64,000 bases of DNA from the NCBI GenBank assembly GCA_044440125.1, contig JBITAJ010000021.1, positions 64,001 to 128,000 of the forward strand, given 5' to 3'. The position numbers were made by a program, and so were the translations under genes. The notes beneath the pieces were generated by a model, which was not told the DNA's origin, ran no database searches, and was given only the letters and a program-made list of their open reading frames with translations. This DNA comes from Sedimentisphaeraceae bacterium JB056 (GTDB taxonomy: Bacteria > Planctomycetota > Phycisphaerae > Sedimentisphaerales > Sedimentisphaeraceae). The stretch's first letter is position 1. The number at the start of each line of letters is the position of its first letter. Of this stretch, positions 1 to 10,052 are shown one piece after another.

Positions 1-622
1 TTATATCAGCATTTGTTTTGGTATCACCTGTGCACCTGTAAAAATTACAATTAAATTGCTTACCCGAATAAATAACATCACTGCTGATAGATTTCAGAGG
101 TATCTTAAACTGGCATATCCACTTATCAGAGACAACATGAGATTTAACTTCCCAATTACTCGTATAGTTGGTAAAATAAGAATCACCTTTCACTATGTTT
201 TTATTGTGTCTTATATCAATTTTTTGGCCAAGCGGAGAAGTGACAAACTCGTAATACTTCTTTATATCAGGATTATCGCCTATAAACATTTCAACGACAT
301 CATAACTCCATATTCCCCAGCAGTTTCCGTTGTCATCCGGTACAATACTCTTATTTACAGCCAGCGATGAATAATTCGCAACAAACAACACATAAAGATT
401 TTCATCCGTCCAGACAGACTTTATACTTGTATGCCAATCATCGCTTACCGGCTTACCCTGCCAGTTATCCGTTATGGTATAGACATCAGAAGATAAATCC
501 CAAGGATACCCGCTAATATCATCGGTAAGCTCAAAATCAGTATGAATTTTAACCGAGTTGACATTCGCAGCATAAAGACAGCCTGCCACTAACAATATTA
601 AAATTTCTATATATTTTTTCAT
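1..622 (-). CDS. Secreted carbohydrate-binding family 9-like (DOMON-like) protein, partial (runs off window start)
   Basis: Not in the ORF track. Manual translation from ATG at 622 gives MKKYIEILILLVAGCLYAANV...WTDENLYVLF...YDVVEMFIGD...YYEFVTSPLGQKID...WICQFKIPL...NFYRC, open to base 1. Signal peptide, CBM9-like motifs and a GGAG RBS upstream. Confidence 0.75.
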   Translation of the reverse strand, partial: MKKYIEILILLVAGCLYAANVNSVKIHTDFELTDDISGYPWDLSSDVYTITDNWQGKPVSDDWHTSIKSVWTDENLYVLFVANYSSLAVNKSIVPDDNGNCWGIWSYDVVEMFIGDNPDIKKYYEFVTSPLGQKIDIRHNKNIVKGDSYFTNYTSNWEVKSHVVSDKWICQFKIPLKSISSDVIYSGKQFNCNFYRCTGDTKTNADI

Positions 623-698
623 TACTATCTTACTCCATAATAGCCTGAGAAGTTTTCAGTTCAATAGTTCAAAGGTTCAATGTTTGACACTTTTGAAC

Positions 699-1775
699 TC
701 AATATCTTTTCTGTACATTCAGTGTGATTTGCATTTTTTCAAGACAAAATTCAGTTAATGTTTCAACATAAGCTTTTACATTCTCTACAGGGGCACCTTT
801 CATTATAGCATTGCCCGCTCCATATACAATCCCTCCTTTTGAGTTGTAGAAAATATCAGCATGTTTGCGTATTTCTTCTTTTATGCTCTGCGGATTGCCA
901 AAAGGAATTACCTGCTGAACATCCATACCAGCCCAGAAAGCTATACGCACGCCAAAATCCTGAACCGTTCTTTCAGCATCCATACAGCCCGCCTGTATCG
1001 GATGAATGACATCCACTCCGCTTTCGATCAAATCTTCCATTATATCATAAACATTACCACAGGTATGCAACCAGAAATCAAGACCATTGTCATGAAGCAC
1101 ATCCGCCAAGGCTTTATAATAGGGTTTATAAACCTCTCTGAATTTTTCCGGCGACATAAATAAACTCGTTTGCATACCAAGATCATCACCAGCCCAAACT
1201 CCATGACCGCCATTTTCTGCCGTCCGTTTCGCCCAGACACTGTAAAACTCAAGCAAACTATCCATCAAACAATGAAGATTTTTAACATTATCATACATAT
1301 CGCAAAGCAAGTTCTCCGTACCTCTGATATAGCAAAGCCTCTGATGAAGATAATGCCCCCAGTTTACAAGTATATATCTTTCAGGATAAGCCTTTGATGA
1401 AGCAGCAACCTCATCGAAAGCATCCTCGCGATAAGGGTCAGGCATATCTGCTATGAATTTATCCAACTCAGTTTCCCAATCATTTATCAGCGGACAATTA
1501 TCTATCGCCGCCTTTTGCGGCATCTGCCAGCCTTTATAAGCCCAGCGATAATTAGGATCATCGCTCTTGCTGCTCTGGTGATAATAAATACCAATATGCA
1601 CAGCTAACACATCATCAGGATACTGCTTCAGAAGTGAAGTAAAATCCTCGCCGTAACAATCAAGCGTATCCTGATTATGCCAGAGCATCGCACAAAGAGG
1701 AGGCCGCTTCGGATTATCAAAACGAATCGCCTTTCTGACTTCCGAGTAATTCAATATTTCACACTTTGTATCCAT
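699..1775 (-). CDS. Uroporphyrinogen decarboxylase (URO-D)/MtaA-CmuA methyltransferase superfamily protein
   Basis: GDDLGMQTSLFMSPEKFREVYKP, HTCGN, GVDVIHPIQ, FWAGMDVQ motifs. Confidence 0.85.
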   Translation of the reverse strand: MDTKCEILNYSEVRKAIRFDNPKRPPLCAMLWHNQDTLDCYGEDFTSLLKQYPDDVLAVHIGIYYHQSSKSDDPNYRWAYKGWQMPQKAAIDNCPLINDWETELDKFIADMPDPYREDAFDEVAASSKAYPERYILVNWGHYLHQRLCYIRGTENLLCDMYDNVKNLHCLMDSLLEFYSVWAKRTAENGGHGVWAGDDLGMQTSLFMSPEKFREVYKPYYKALADVLHDNGLDFWLHTCGNVYDIMEDLIESGVDVIHPIQAGCMDAERTVQDFGVRIAFWAGMDVQQVIPFGNPQSIKEEIRKHADIFYNSKGGIVYGAGNAIMKGAPVENVKAYVETLTEFCLEKMQITLNVQKRY

Positions 1776-1785
1776 ATGACTTTTT

Positions 1786-3624
1786 CTATTTTCTTAGGTT
1801 TGCAAAAAGAACTTTGAGATCTCTAAGACCTCCAATGAAAAACCACACTGCTAACGGGATGCTATAACAGTAAACAAAAAAGGAATACCACTTCCAAAAC
1901 GTTATCCATTTTTTAGGATCAACATCGTGAGTTCTGTTATACCAGAAAGCAATCATTATTATAACTACTACAAGCACTGTAACAGCGCCTACTGCATATT
2001 CAAACCAAAATCTCTGCTTTAGTTCGTTATTGACGGCACCAACTTCTTCTTTTGTATTTCGGTTAAGCAATGAGTCAAGATCGTAAGGTTCATTTCTTGT
2101 TGAAAGAGATATAATAACAAAAACACCTATCGCAATCACACTTGCTATAACAGAAAGCATCATTCCATCGAGCCAGAATGGCCACCATGACTGTTCAAGA
2201 TAAATCTGTCTTAGTATTATACCGGCAAGCGAAAGACCTGAACCTGTTATCATCGCAAACCATGCCCCTATAGTCGATGCACGTCTCCAATATAACGCAC
2301 CCAAAATTATGGCACCTGCACCGCCTGTATATATCGTACCAGTAATAGCGAAATACATCCAGATATAATCAGTAGGCTCCCATACCATACTGAAAGCAAA
2401 CACAAACACCGCAACTCCGACGACCGTATATCGAAGAAGTTTCAAACGAGATTCGCCCGTTATCTCCGTCTTCTTAAGAGGCGAAACAACATCCTGCACA
2501 AAAATACCCGACCAGCTCAAGAAATATGTATCAAGCGTACTAATCGATGCCGCTATCATACCAGCAACAAAAAGACCTTTCACTACCGGCGACATTATAA
2601 AGGTAAGAAATATAGGTACTATCATTTCCGTTCTTACAATCGGATTATCAATATTATTAACACTTTCTGTTATCTTTTGTGAAAGATTAGCAAACTCAGG
2701 CAACTTAGCTACGGCAAAACAAGCCAATGCTGCAAACAACAAACCTATATTGGAGGCCTGCCTCAAATAACTCAATATCCACATAAGCTTGGCCTCACGT
2801 GCCTCTGTCGCTGATTGCGAACGAACACTGTTAGGAGCCCAGCTAAGTATATTGTAGAACGACCTGAAAACATACATTATACAATACATCAAACCAAAAG
2901 AATTAGCTGTCGTTGGTAAAAAAGGATCAACAAGCTGCTTAGGATTTTCTTCCTGCAATATGGCGGAACCAATATCCTCCCAATTAACAACAGCATAAGT
3001 TGAGTAACCAACAGCTACAAACATAAAAGCGATAACTGTCCATTGAATAAAATCAGTTATAATCAGAGAAACCTGCCCCCCCTTAAATGCAAGTATCAGA
3101 GATATAAAAACAAGTATTGCAGTTGTTATAACCACAGTAGGCAGCTTTATACCTAAAACACTAACTTCTAAAGGCAATTGACAAAAATATACAATAAAAC
3201 GTCCCTCAACAATTGGGAAAATACCCATATTGAGAACACCGGAAATAAAACAAAGAAAGCCGCAGAATATTCGAAGATTCTTACTGTATCTTTTTTCCAG
3301 TAACTCATTCAGTGTCATTACGCGAGTTTCCCGCAAGCGATAAATTCCCCAACCGCTGACCGCAAGAAGAAGATAAGTTACGACCATTACAACAACCGTC
3401 CATATCGCAACCGGTCCTCCCACATAAACCGCCTGCATAAACGCAATCAGAGAAATTGCTCCAAGTGCAGAAGCATCGCCCGCTGTTGCACCCAGATATT
3501 TACCGCAACCACGACCGGCCACGAGAAAATCCTCAGCATTTTTCACAAATTTACGACAGTAAAGACCGACAGACACTACTACAGTCAAAAATACCGCAAC
3601 GATAGACCATTCAATGATACCCAT
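1786..3624 (-). CDS. Sodium:solute symporter (SSS) family transporter
   Basis: Many TM helices; EDFLVAGR, LEKRYS, IAASISTLDT, GALYWRRA motifs. Confidence 0.9.
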   Translation of the reverse strand: MGIIEWSIVAVFLTVVVSVGLYCRKFVKNAEDFLVAGRGCGKYLGATAGDASALGAISLIAFMQAVYVGGPVAIWTVVVMVVTYLLLAVSGWGIYRLRETRVMTLNELLEKRYSKNLRIFCGFLCFISGVLNMGIFPIVEGRFIVYFCQLPLEVSVLGIKLPTVVITTAILVFISLILAFKGGQVSLIITDFIQWTVIAFMFVAVGYSTYAVVNWEDIGSAILQEENPKQLVDPFLPTTANSFGLMYCIMYVFRSFYNILSWAPNSVRSQSATEAREAKLMWILSYLRQASNIGLLFAALACFAVAKLPEFANLSQKITESVNNIDNPIVRTEMIVPIFLTFIMSPVVKGLFVAGMIAASISTLDTYFLSWSGIFVQDVVSPLKKTEITGESRLKLLRYTVVGVAVFVFAFSMVWEPTDYIWMYFAITGTIYTGGAGAIILGALYWRRASTIGAWFAMITGSGLSLAGIILRQIYLEQSWWPFWLDGMMLSVIASVIAIGVFVIISLSTRNEPYDLDSLLNRNTKEEVGAVNNELKQRFWFEYAVGAVTVLVVVIIMIAFWYNRTHDVDPKKWITFWKWYSFFVYCYSIPLAVWFFIGGLRDLKVLFANLRK

Positions 3625-3653
3625 TGATTAAAACTCCATTATAATTGGCTTGA

Positions 3654-5540
3654 TTAGAATTCGAGATGTTTGCCGAGCAGGAAGAACTTCCTGTCGGGAT
3701 ACCACAATGTCAGCTTGCCTTTGAAATAGGTAATGCTCGGATAAGTGGCAACCTCATTACTTGCCTTAGGACTGACAAGAACGCCGCCGGTATCGAGAAT
3801 CTCGTTGGGCTTATCAAACCATAATGGCTGATTGGCACCTTTAACAAATCTACCCAGAGAACAAACTGCCGGGCGTCGATGCGTAAACATACTCATACCA
3901 GCCGGAAGCTTAATTCCCTTTTCCACATAATGGGCGTAATAATTATTATTATAGTAGATGAGCATATATCGGTCATCTTCAAGACGATACAACGGACAGC
4001 ATGTAAGCGGATTTTTAACCGGCTCACCATCATCACAATATCTCAGTACCTGCGGCTTTTGCCAGTGTAAACCATCATCATCGGACACGCTATACCAGAT
4101 AAAACCGGTAACAGTGCGGAATACTACAAATAATCTTCCATCAGGAAGCAGCTCTACTGCCGGTTCCGAGCAATGCCGTGCAGGCAAGTCCTTCGGCATT
4201 GATATTGTATCACCTTCAAGCGAAAGCCATGTTATCTTTATATCCTCAACGTCGGGGCCATCATCAATATTATCAAACCTCATAAAACGACAGCAGCCTT
4301 CTCTTTCTCCTTTGCCGCAGAAAGAGTAGCCAACTATCTGCCGTCCCTTAGAATCACATATCGTTTTCTGCCATACAATTATGCCGCCATTTTGCGTATT
4401 TATATCAGATACATCATCAAAGCAATCAGGGAAAAGGATATTTCCGCATTCTTTCCAGCTATGACCATTATCATCAGAAATATGACAGCCAAGTATACCG
4501 CTCGCTCCACCAAGCTTGCCAGCCGGACTCTTGCAATAGAAGCAATATATTCGCCCTGTATTCTTAGCGACCACAGGAAATCCCCAGCTTGCCTGAGTCT
4601 GGTCGGTTCCCTTTTGAGTCCCTGTTATCCATAACGGCTGTGACCATTTCACACCATCACTGCTTCGAGCAAGCATTATATGATTATCGCCAGAAGGTTC
4701 CATAGACCCTTGAGTCCACATAGCCAACAGTTCATCACCCTGTGGCGAATTAAAGACAAGGAAATGTTCATTATCTCCATCATTAAAATCACCTTCCTTA
4801 GGGATATAAACCACCGAATCAGGATTGGTACGTTGATACTCATCTTCAACGCTGCCGATCTCAATAGCCTGCTCCTTGTCATCAGGATTCTTTCCAAAAA
4901 GCTGAGTATCAATATCATCACCTTCCATAAATCCGCTCTTGACCCAACCATCGGTAAATGGATTCCCCTCACTGTCACTTAGACCGCCATAGAATTGAGC
5001 CTGATTCGAATAATTTGCTTTAACAACAAAAAGATTCCAGCCATGTCTTAGAGTCAACTCTACAGTTTGATTATCACGTCCTTTGCAAACAATATCACCA
5101 TTTTGTATGATTTTATAATCAGAAGGATACTGAATATTGAAAAGATAATCACTTTTACGGCGACTATAAATATAAGTTGCAAAATATACAATACCACTTG
5201 AACCGGTTATATAATCATCAACCGGTATAGAAGCATTTTTAATATTAACATCACCCTTTTGATTATCAAACATCAAACGGCCGGCAATCTCTCCCTGATC
5301 AGATCGCTCTTTATTTTCACAACCAATAGTAGCATCACGCCAGCATACATCGCTGTCGCTGCCCTTCCAACAACCGTTAGGATTTATCTTATCCTCAGGT
5401 AAGATCACTTCATCAAGCCCGCCATCAAAACAGCCGGCGATCATCCAGCGTCTTATAACAATATCTGCCAATGAAGCATTAAACTGTGATTCACTGCAAG
5501 TATCAGTACTTTTCTTTTCATCTAATATCTGTGTTGTCAT
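3654..5540 (-). CDS. BNR/Asp-box sialidase-like beta-propeller protein with N-terminal beta-sandwich domain
   Basis: Asp boxes SSDGVKWS, SDDNGHSW, SDDDGLHW; CSEPAVELLPDGRL; no obvious signal peptide. Confidence 0.75.
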   Translation of the reverse strand: MTTQILDEKKSTDTCSESQFNASLADIVIRRWMIAGCFDGGLDEVILPEDKINPNGCWKGSDSDVCWRDATIGCENKERSDQGEIAGRLMFDNQKGDVNIKNASIPVDDYITGSSGIVYFATYIYSRRKSDYLFNIQYPSDYKIIQNGDIVCKGRDNQTVELTLRHGWNLFVVKANYSNQAQFYGGLSDSEGNPFTDGWVKSGFMEGDDIDTQLFGKNPDDKEQAIEIGSVEDEYQRTNPDSVVYIPKEGDFNDGDNEHFLVFNSPQGDELLAMWTQGSMEPSGDNHIMLARSSDGVKWSQPLWITGTQKGTDQTQASWGFPVVAKNTGRIYCFYCKSPAGKLGGASGILGCHISDDNGHSWKECGNILFPDCFDDVSDINTQNGGIIVWQKTICDSKGRQIVGYSFCGKGEREGCCRFMRFDNIDDGPDVEDIKITWLSLEGDTISMPKDLPARHCSEPAVELLPDGRLFVVFRTVTGFIWYSVSDDDGLHWQKPQVLRYCDDGEPVKNPLTCCPLYRLEDDRYMLIYYNNNYYAHYVEKGIKLPAGMSMFTHRRPAVCSLGRFVKGANQPLWFDKPNEILDTGGVLVSPKASNEVATYPSITYFKGKLTLWYPDRKFFLLGKHLEF

Positions 5541-5586
5541 ATTAATTCAAACTTTACTTAAATCTATTTCAATTGACCTTACTGCC

Positions 5587-6432
5587 TTAATCTATTTGGT
5601 TCCATCTGTTTTTGAAAAGGTCGTATGTTGACTGGTTGGCTTTAAGCTTTTCAGCATGACCATCAATAAACGAATAACTTGCCGAACCGCCGTGTCTATA
5701 AGGATCACAAAGCGACCAACTGATATTTCTGATATCTGACCATTTAATTTCAGGATTTGCAGGTCTGATATAATTAGTATCATCAAGAGCCGTCATGAAT
5801 TCATCCTTCTGTGTTATCCAACTTATTGAACTCTGAGCAAACCAATAATGCGGACTATCTCCGCTATATACCATAGAAGCGGGCTGTGGAATGTTCTGAA
5901 TTCTAGGAGCTTTCAGAAAATTTGTATTGGCAAGTGTGTATGTTCCAGTAGGATCAAGTTGCTCTCTGGTTCGCTTGTCGTATTCAAGAAGCTGAGTATT
6001 CATTCCATAACCCCAATCCCACGCTTCACTATCCTCTGAAGGTTTCCACGCCGGACAATGTGCAAAGGAATCGAATTTAAACTTCTGATCAGTATAAAGT
6101 TCATCATACTGTGAAGGATCAAAAACTCCCGCAGCCTCAAGCACAAGAAAGTACCATTCAACAGCATACTTATCACTCCATGAGTGTTCCGGACCTGTAG
6201 TTGGATGACCAGGACGACAAGGAGGAACCCTGTCATCATTGGAATTAGCATACATAGTTACAGCCTGTGATATCTGTCGATTGTTCGATTGACAGATCGT
6301 GGCTTTGGCAAGTTCTCTGGCTTTTCCCAAAGCCGGCATCATAATCGCCATAAGCAGTGCAATGATTGATATAACAACCAAAAGCTCTATTAAAGTAAAA
6401 CCTTTTTCATTACATGAATATTTATATTCCAT
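5587..6432 (-). CDS. Prepilin-type N-terminal cleavage/methylation protein with C-terminal H-X9-DG motif (DUF1559-like)
   Basis: [47 protein letters not shown]. Confidence 0.9.
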   Translation of the reverse strand: MEYKYSCNEKGFTLIELLVVISIIALLMAIMMPALGKARELAKATICQSNNRQISQAVTMYANSNDDRVPPCRPGHPTTGPEHSWSDKYAVEWYFLVLEAAGVFDPSQYDELYTDQKFKFDSFAHCPAWKPSEDSEAWDWGYGMNTQLLEYDKRTREQLDPTGTYTLANTNFLKAPRIQNIPQPASMVYSGDSPHYWFAQSSISWITQKDEFMTALDDTNYIRPANPEIKWSDIRNISWSLCDPYRHGGSASYSFIDGHAEKLKANQSTYDLFKNRWNQID

Positions 6433-6450
6433 CTTTAAAACTCCATTATT

Positions 6451-9400
6451 TCAATCTATATCAAATTTACGTATATCCTCAAGAGCACTTATTTCAAGAG
6501 CCCCGCTATCATCAATTTCACTCACAAAAACACGTATTTCATCAATATCGCAATTTAAATAGTTATCAGTACCATTGTAGGTATAACCACCAAATACCAG
6601 CCTCGTACAATCACTTGTAGCAGAAAGTGTAAGCCCCGTCACAGAATTACCTGCTGCAACGGAAGTATTCTGATCCCCAAAGTAGAATTTTATACCTTCA
6701 CTACTACGGGTTATCGCAAAGAAAACCCATTCGTCATTGCTGTAACCTTCACCCCATCCTGCATATCTCCAGCTTCCATCAACAGAATCAAGCACCTGAA
6801 GACGTCCATCATCACGCCACTTAATTGTAATTCCTCCACCAACGCATCGAACAATATAACTTCCGCTGCCGTTCATTTGAGAATTACGAGTATTGAGCCA
6901 ACCGCAAACCGTGTAAGACTGAACATTATCAAATACATCAGCCGTTTGTCCCGACCAGTTGAATGTTACGGTGTTCAATCCGATCATTGCTGGATCTGTA
7001 GCATAAAGTCCGTCACCTTTAATACCATCGGTTGTTATTCGCGGATAAGCGGGCTGGCTGTTGCCTATATAACCTGGCGCATCATTGAGGGCAATATTAG
7101 ACCATGCCGGATTATCCGTACTTCCTGCCCCATAACTGTCATTTGTGTTTTCAAAAGGAAGATAAATATCGAAACCTGAAGGTGTATAATCTTCGACATT
7201 CTTTTTGTAATAAACATCAGCAAATATCGCCAAATCTGCCGCGTCAACAGTTTCATCGTAATTAAGATCACAGTCAATCTCTATTCCTGAGTCAAGCCAC
7301 TTGGAAGCCAACACAATTATATCATCTTGACCAACCTGTTGATCTCCATTAAACTCTGCCGATTTCTGACTTCCCATTACCTCAATAAGTGAAGAAAGTG
7401 CTGCAGCAATTGTCTCTCTCCGGGTTTGCAGAACCGCATGATCACTCGAATAGTCATCGAAACCAATCACTGTATCGCTCACATCCAAAGCAACTTCGGC
7501 ATCCGCTATTAAAACAGAATTCACACCGTCCTGAAATGCCCTTGTCTTTGTCATACTGAGAAAATTAATCAGTTCCCAATCCTCAAGTCCATCTCTCATC
7601 ATCTCAAGCCTTATACTTGCAACAGGTCCATCTGGAGATGGATATATCAAATAGCCTCCACCATCAGTAAATTCCTGTATCACCCAGCCCCCATCATCCC
7701 AGGCTCTGTTTGGCCATTTATCATATTCCGCCTCAACAGGAAAATCGCCCACCCAGGCATTAGGTCTTCTGTAATGCGGCCAGACATTCAGTCCCCAGTG
7801 GAGGAAACCGTCAATATCCTCTACCCAATTCTGCCAGAATATAAGTCTGTGTTCAATACCCGGTTCATTAATTTCAAGATTGCAATATGGAGGAGCATAA
7901 CCCGTAACATAAGTCCAAAAGTCATTCCCCAAAGCTCTTAGCCTCGCCACCTCCGGCTGCGTATATTGGTAATAGTTCGGTATCTTGCCGCACCAAATAT
8001 CTATATGCCCCTCATACGCAGGATACCTTAAAGGCTCTGATGTACTAAGAGTATGCAGTGCAGGCCAAACAGCCTCTACCGCATCATGACGGTCGGTGCA
8101 TTCCTGTAAAACCTCAGGCATACCGGTGTGAAGTTCATCAAAAGCATAGAAAAACGCCATCTGCTCATAAGGACGCTGTCCATCCATACGATACTCATTT
8201 GCCGCCTCGGTAAGATATTGTGCAAAGACATCTTCATACTGCGAAGTAAGCAGATTAAACTCACGATACTCACCTCTGATTTCATCGTATCCATAAAACG
8301 GCTTCCAGAAATGCCAGTTAAGATCGCCTATATTAAAATTAGCCATACCGTTATTGTAGCAATAGTCAAGATAAGAGTTGTAGTCTGTAAAATCAAATTC
8401 CCAGCTTCTGTCAAGTTTTCTGGTAATCTTCACAAATCTGTGCGATGAAGATTCTCCCATAGACATATCAATCGGGCTTATGCGATAATCTGTACAGAAC
8501 GCAAGCCACTGGCGATACTGTAGATCGGTCGGGTCGTCCCAATCGCCGCCATAATAATTCCTAAGACATTGACGAAGAAGATTAAAACTCGTCTGGAAAC
8601 GCTGCTTACGGGGAATTGTTATATCCCACACATCAACTTCCACCGCAACAACTACCGCATCACCTCCGGGTATATTTATTACAACATTGCCATCATAAAT
8701 ACCACTGCTCTGAGTTATAGGCACATCAAAACTTACCCAGAATAAAAGAATATCATCATCGCTTGCCTTACCATAATTCTTATTTACAAGCGGGTCATAT
8801 AAAAGCTCATCATATCCAATACCAACACGAACCTTATCAGCCCTTCTCACCTTTATATTTTCCATCGGGATTGCATCATCCTCACAAGAAAATATTCCGG
8901 GCGTAAGTTCAATATTATCGATCTCGCCATCAACCGCTTTTATCGCTATCTGAAAATGTTCATTTTCGCCTCTTGCCGCATCCAATGAACAATAAGGCAA
9001 CGCTTCAGGAGTAAACTGGAATACCGAATCAATTTTTGTCATGCTGTCAAGGAGCATAACCTCAATCTCGTTTGTTTGCGAGGTCTCAATATCAAGCGGC
9101 TGCCTCAACTGCCATTTCCTTATATCTTCCAACTGTCCCAAATCCAGTGCCGCGGTGGAGTCATTATTATAACTCGATGTATGCACCATGAATTTATCAA
9201 AATAACCACCGCAAGCATACTGTCCATATATATCACCTCCGCCGGTAATCTTTACATGCAGATGCTCTCCACCGGTAAGCACTCCCGCATCAACATTTCC
9301 GCTGCCAGCGGATACAACTGAAGAATTTTTATCCGCTGTAAAAAACTTTACATTTCCACTGGTCTGCGTTCCATCATAGGTAACCGCAAAAAACATCCAC

Positions 9401-9975
9401 TTATTATTATAGTCAAAAGCATTATCACTCAACACAATAATATCAGCAGTGTTGCTTCCGCTGCCGGCAGGAATTTTCAATGCCAGCTTACCAGTATCAT
9501 CACCATCTGGGGCATAAAGATCAAACTGACCGCTTCTGTAAAAAATCCTTCCATTGCCGCCTATCTGTGAACCTGCCGGTATCTTAAACCAGCCTGATAC
9601 AGTAAAAGACCATAAATTGTCCAGAGAATCCTCAACTTGATTATCATACCCCTCCGCGTCACTTCCAATACTAACAAAAGCACCGCTTTGTCCCCATACA
9701 GAGACAGATGTTTTATCAAGACAATCATATCCATCCACACCCGCACTGTCTGCTACAGCACAATAACCTATAGTAGAAGAACCGATATTACTATTTCCAT
9801 TCCAGATACCGGGAGCCTTGGAATGGAAAGCAGGATTAGCAGAATCCACATCCCCGCCATGATATTCAAAATCAAGATATATAGCAGGCTGAGGTCCGGG
9901 AGGAAGAACATTGTATTCAGCATTCAACCGAAAAATAATAACTGTTAGTAAAAATATTGAGATTCTGAATTTCAT
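6451..9975 (-). CDS. Secreted multidomain protein: LamG-like + DUF4091/GH123-like glycoside hydrolase + dockerin-like pair + C-terminal LamG-like domain
   Basis: Signal peptide; WMFFAVTYDG; AARGENEHFQI, AFDE, GFLHWG, SIRLEMMRDGLEDWE (DUF4091-like); EFNGDQQVGQDD..W and DLNYDETVDAADL. Confidence 0.75.
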   Translation of the reverse strand: MKFRISIFLLTVIIFRLNAEYNVLPPGPQPAIYLDFEYHGGDVDSANPAFHSKAPGIWNGNSNIGSSTIGYCAVADSAGVDGYDCLDKTSVSVWGQSGAFVSIGSDAEGYDNQVEDSLDNLWSFTVSGWFKIPAGSQIGGNGRIFYRSGQFDLYAPDGDDTGKLALKIPAGSGSNTADIIVLSDNAFDYNNKWMFFAVTYDGTQTSGNVKFFTADKNSSVVSAGSGNVDAGVLTGGEHLHVKITGGGDIYGQYACGGYFDKFMVHTSSYNNDSTAALDLGQLEDIRKWQLRQPLDIETSQTNEIEVMLLDSMTKIDSVFQFTPEALPYCSLDAARGENEHFQIAIKAVDGEIDNIELTPGIFSCEDDAIPMENIKVRRADKVRVGIGYDELLYDPLVNKNYGKASDDDILLFWVSFDVPITQSSGIYDGNVVINIPGGDAVVVAVEVDVWDITIPRKQRFQTSFNLLRQCLRNYYGGDWDDPTDLQYRQWLAFCTDYRISPIDMSMGESSSHRFVKITRKLDRSWEFDFTDYNSYLDYCYNNGMANFNIGDLNWHFWKPFYGYDEIRGEYREFNLLTSQYEDVFAQYLTEAANEYRMDGQRPYEQMAFFYAFDELHTGMPEVLQECTDRHDAVEAVWPALHTLSTSEPLRYPAYEGHIDIWCGKIPNYYQYTQPEVARLRALGNDFWTYVTGYAPPYCNLEINEPGIEHRLIFWQNWVEDIDGFLHWGLNVWPHYRRPNAWVGDFPVEAEYDKWPNRAWDDGGWVIQEFTDGGGYLIYPSPDGPVASIRLEMMRDGLEDWELINFLSMTKTRAFQDGVNSVLIADAEVALDVSDTVIGFDDYSSDHAVLQTRRETIAAALSSLIEVMGSQKSAEFNGDQQVGQDDIIVLASKWLDSGIEIDCDLNYDETVDAADLAIFADVYYKKNVEDYTPSGFDIYLPFENTNDSYGAGSTDNPAWSNIALNDAPGYIGNSQPAYPRITTDGIKGDGLYATDPAMIGLNTVTFNWSGQTADVFDNVQSYTVCGWLNTRNSQMNGSGSYIVRCVGGGITIKWRDDGRLQVLDSVDGSWRYAGWGEGYSNDEWVFFAITRSSEGIKFYFGDQNTSVAAGNSVTGLTLSATSDCTRLVFGGYTYNGTDNYLNCDIDEIRVFVSEIDDSGALEISALEDIRKFDID

Positions 9976-10004
9976 TATATAAGTCTTTTCAAATTAATCT
10001 TGAA

Positions 10005-10038
10005 GTTTGCGTGATCTTAAATCTAAGACCACGCAAAC
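10005..10038 (-). terminator. Intergenic stem-loop (terminator or mRNA-stabilising hairpin)
   Basis: GTTTGCGTGaTCTTA-aatc-TAAGAcCACGCAAAC; G-U pair on the minus strand; weak U tract. Confidence 0.6.
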
Positions 10039-10052
10039 AATTTACTCTTCAA

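Noticed and set aside
651..697. Three short GTTCAA repeats between the first two genes
   Set aside because: Too short and irregular, with no spacers; not a CRISPR array or a convincing operator
699..1775. hemE assignment
   Set aside because: No recognisable N-terminal RQAGR motif of true HemE, and the context is a sugar operon
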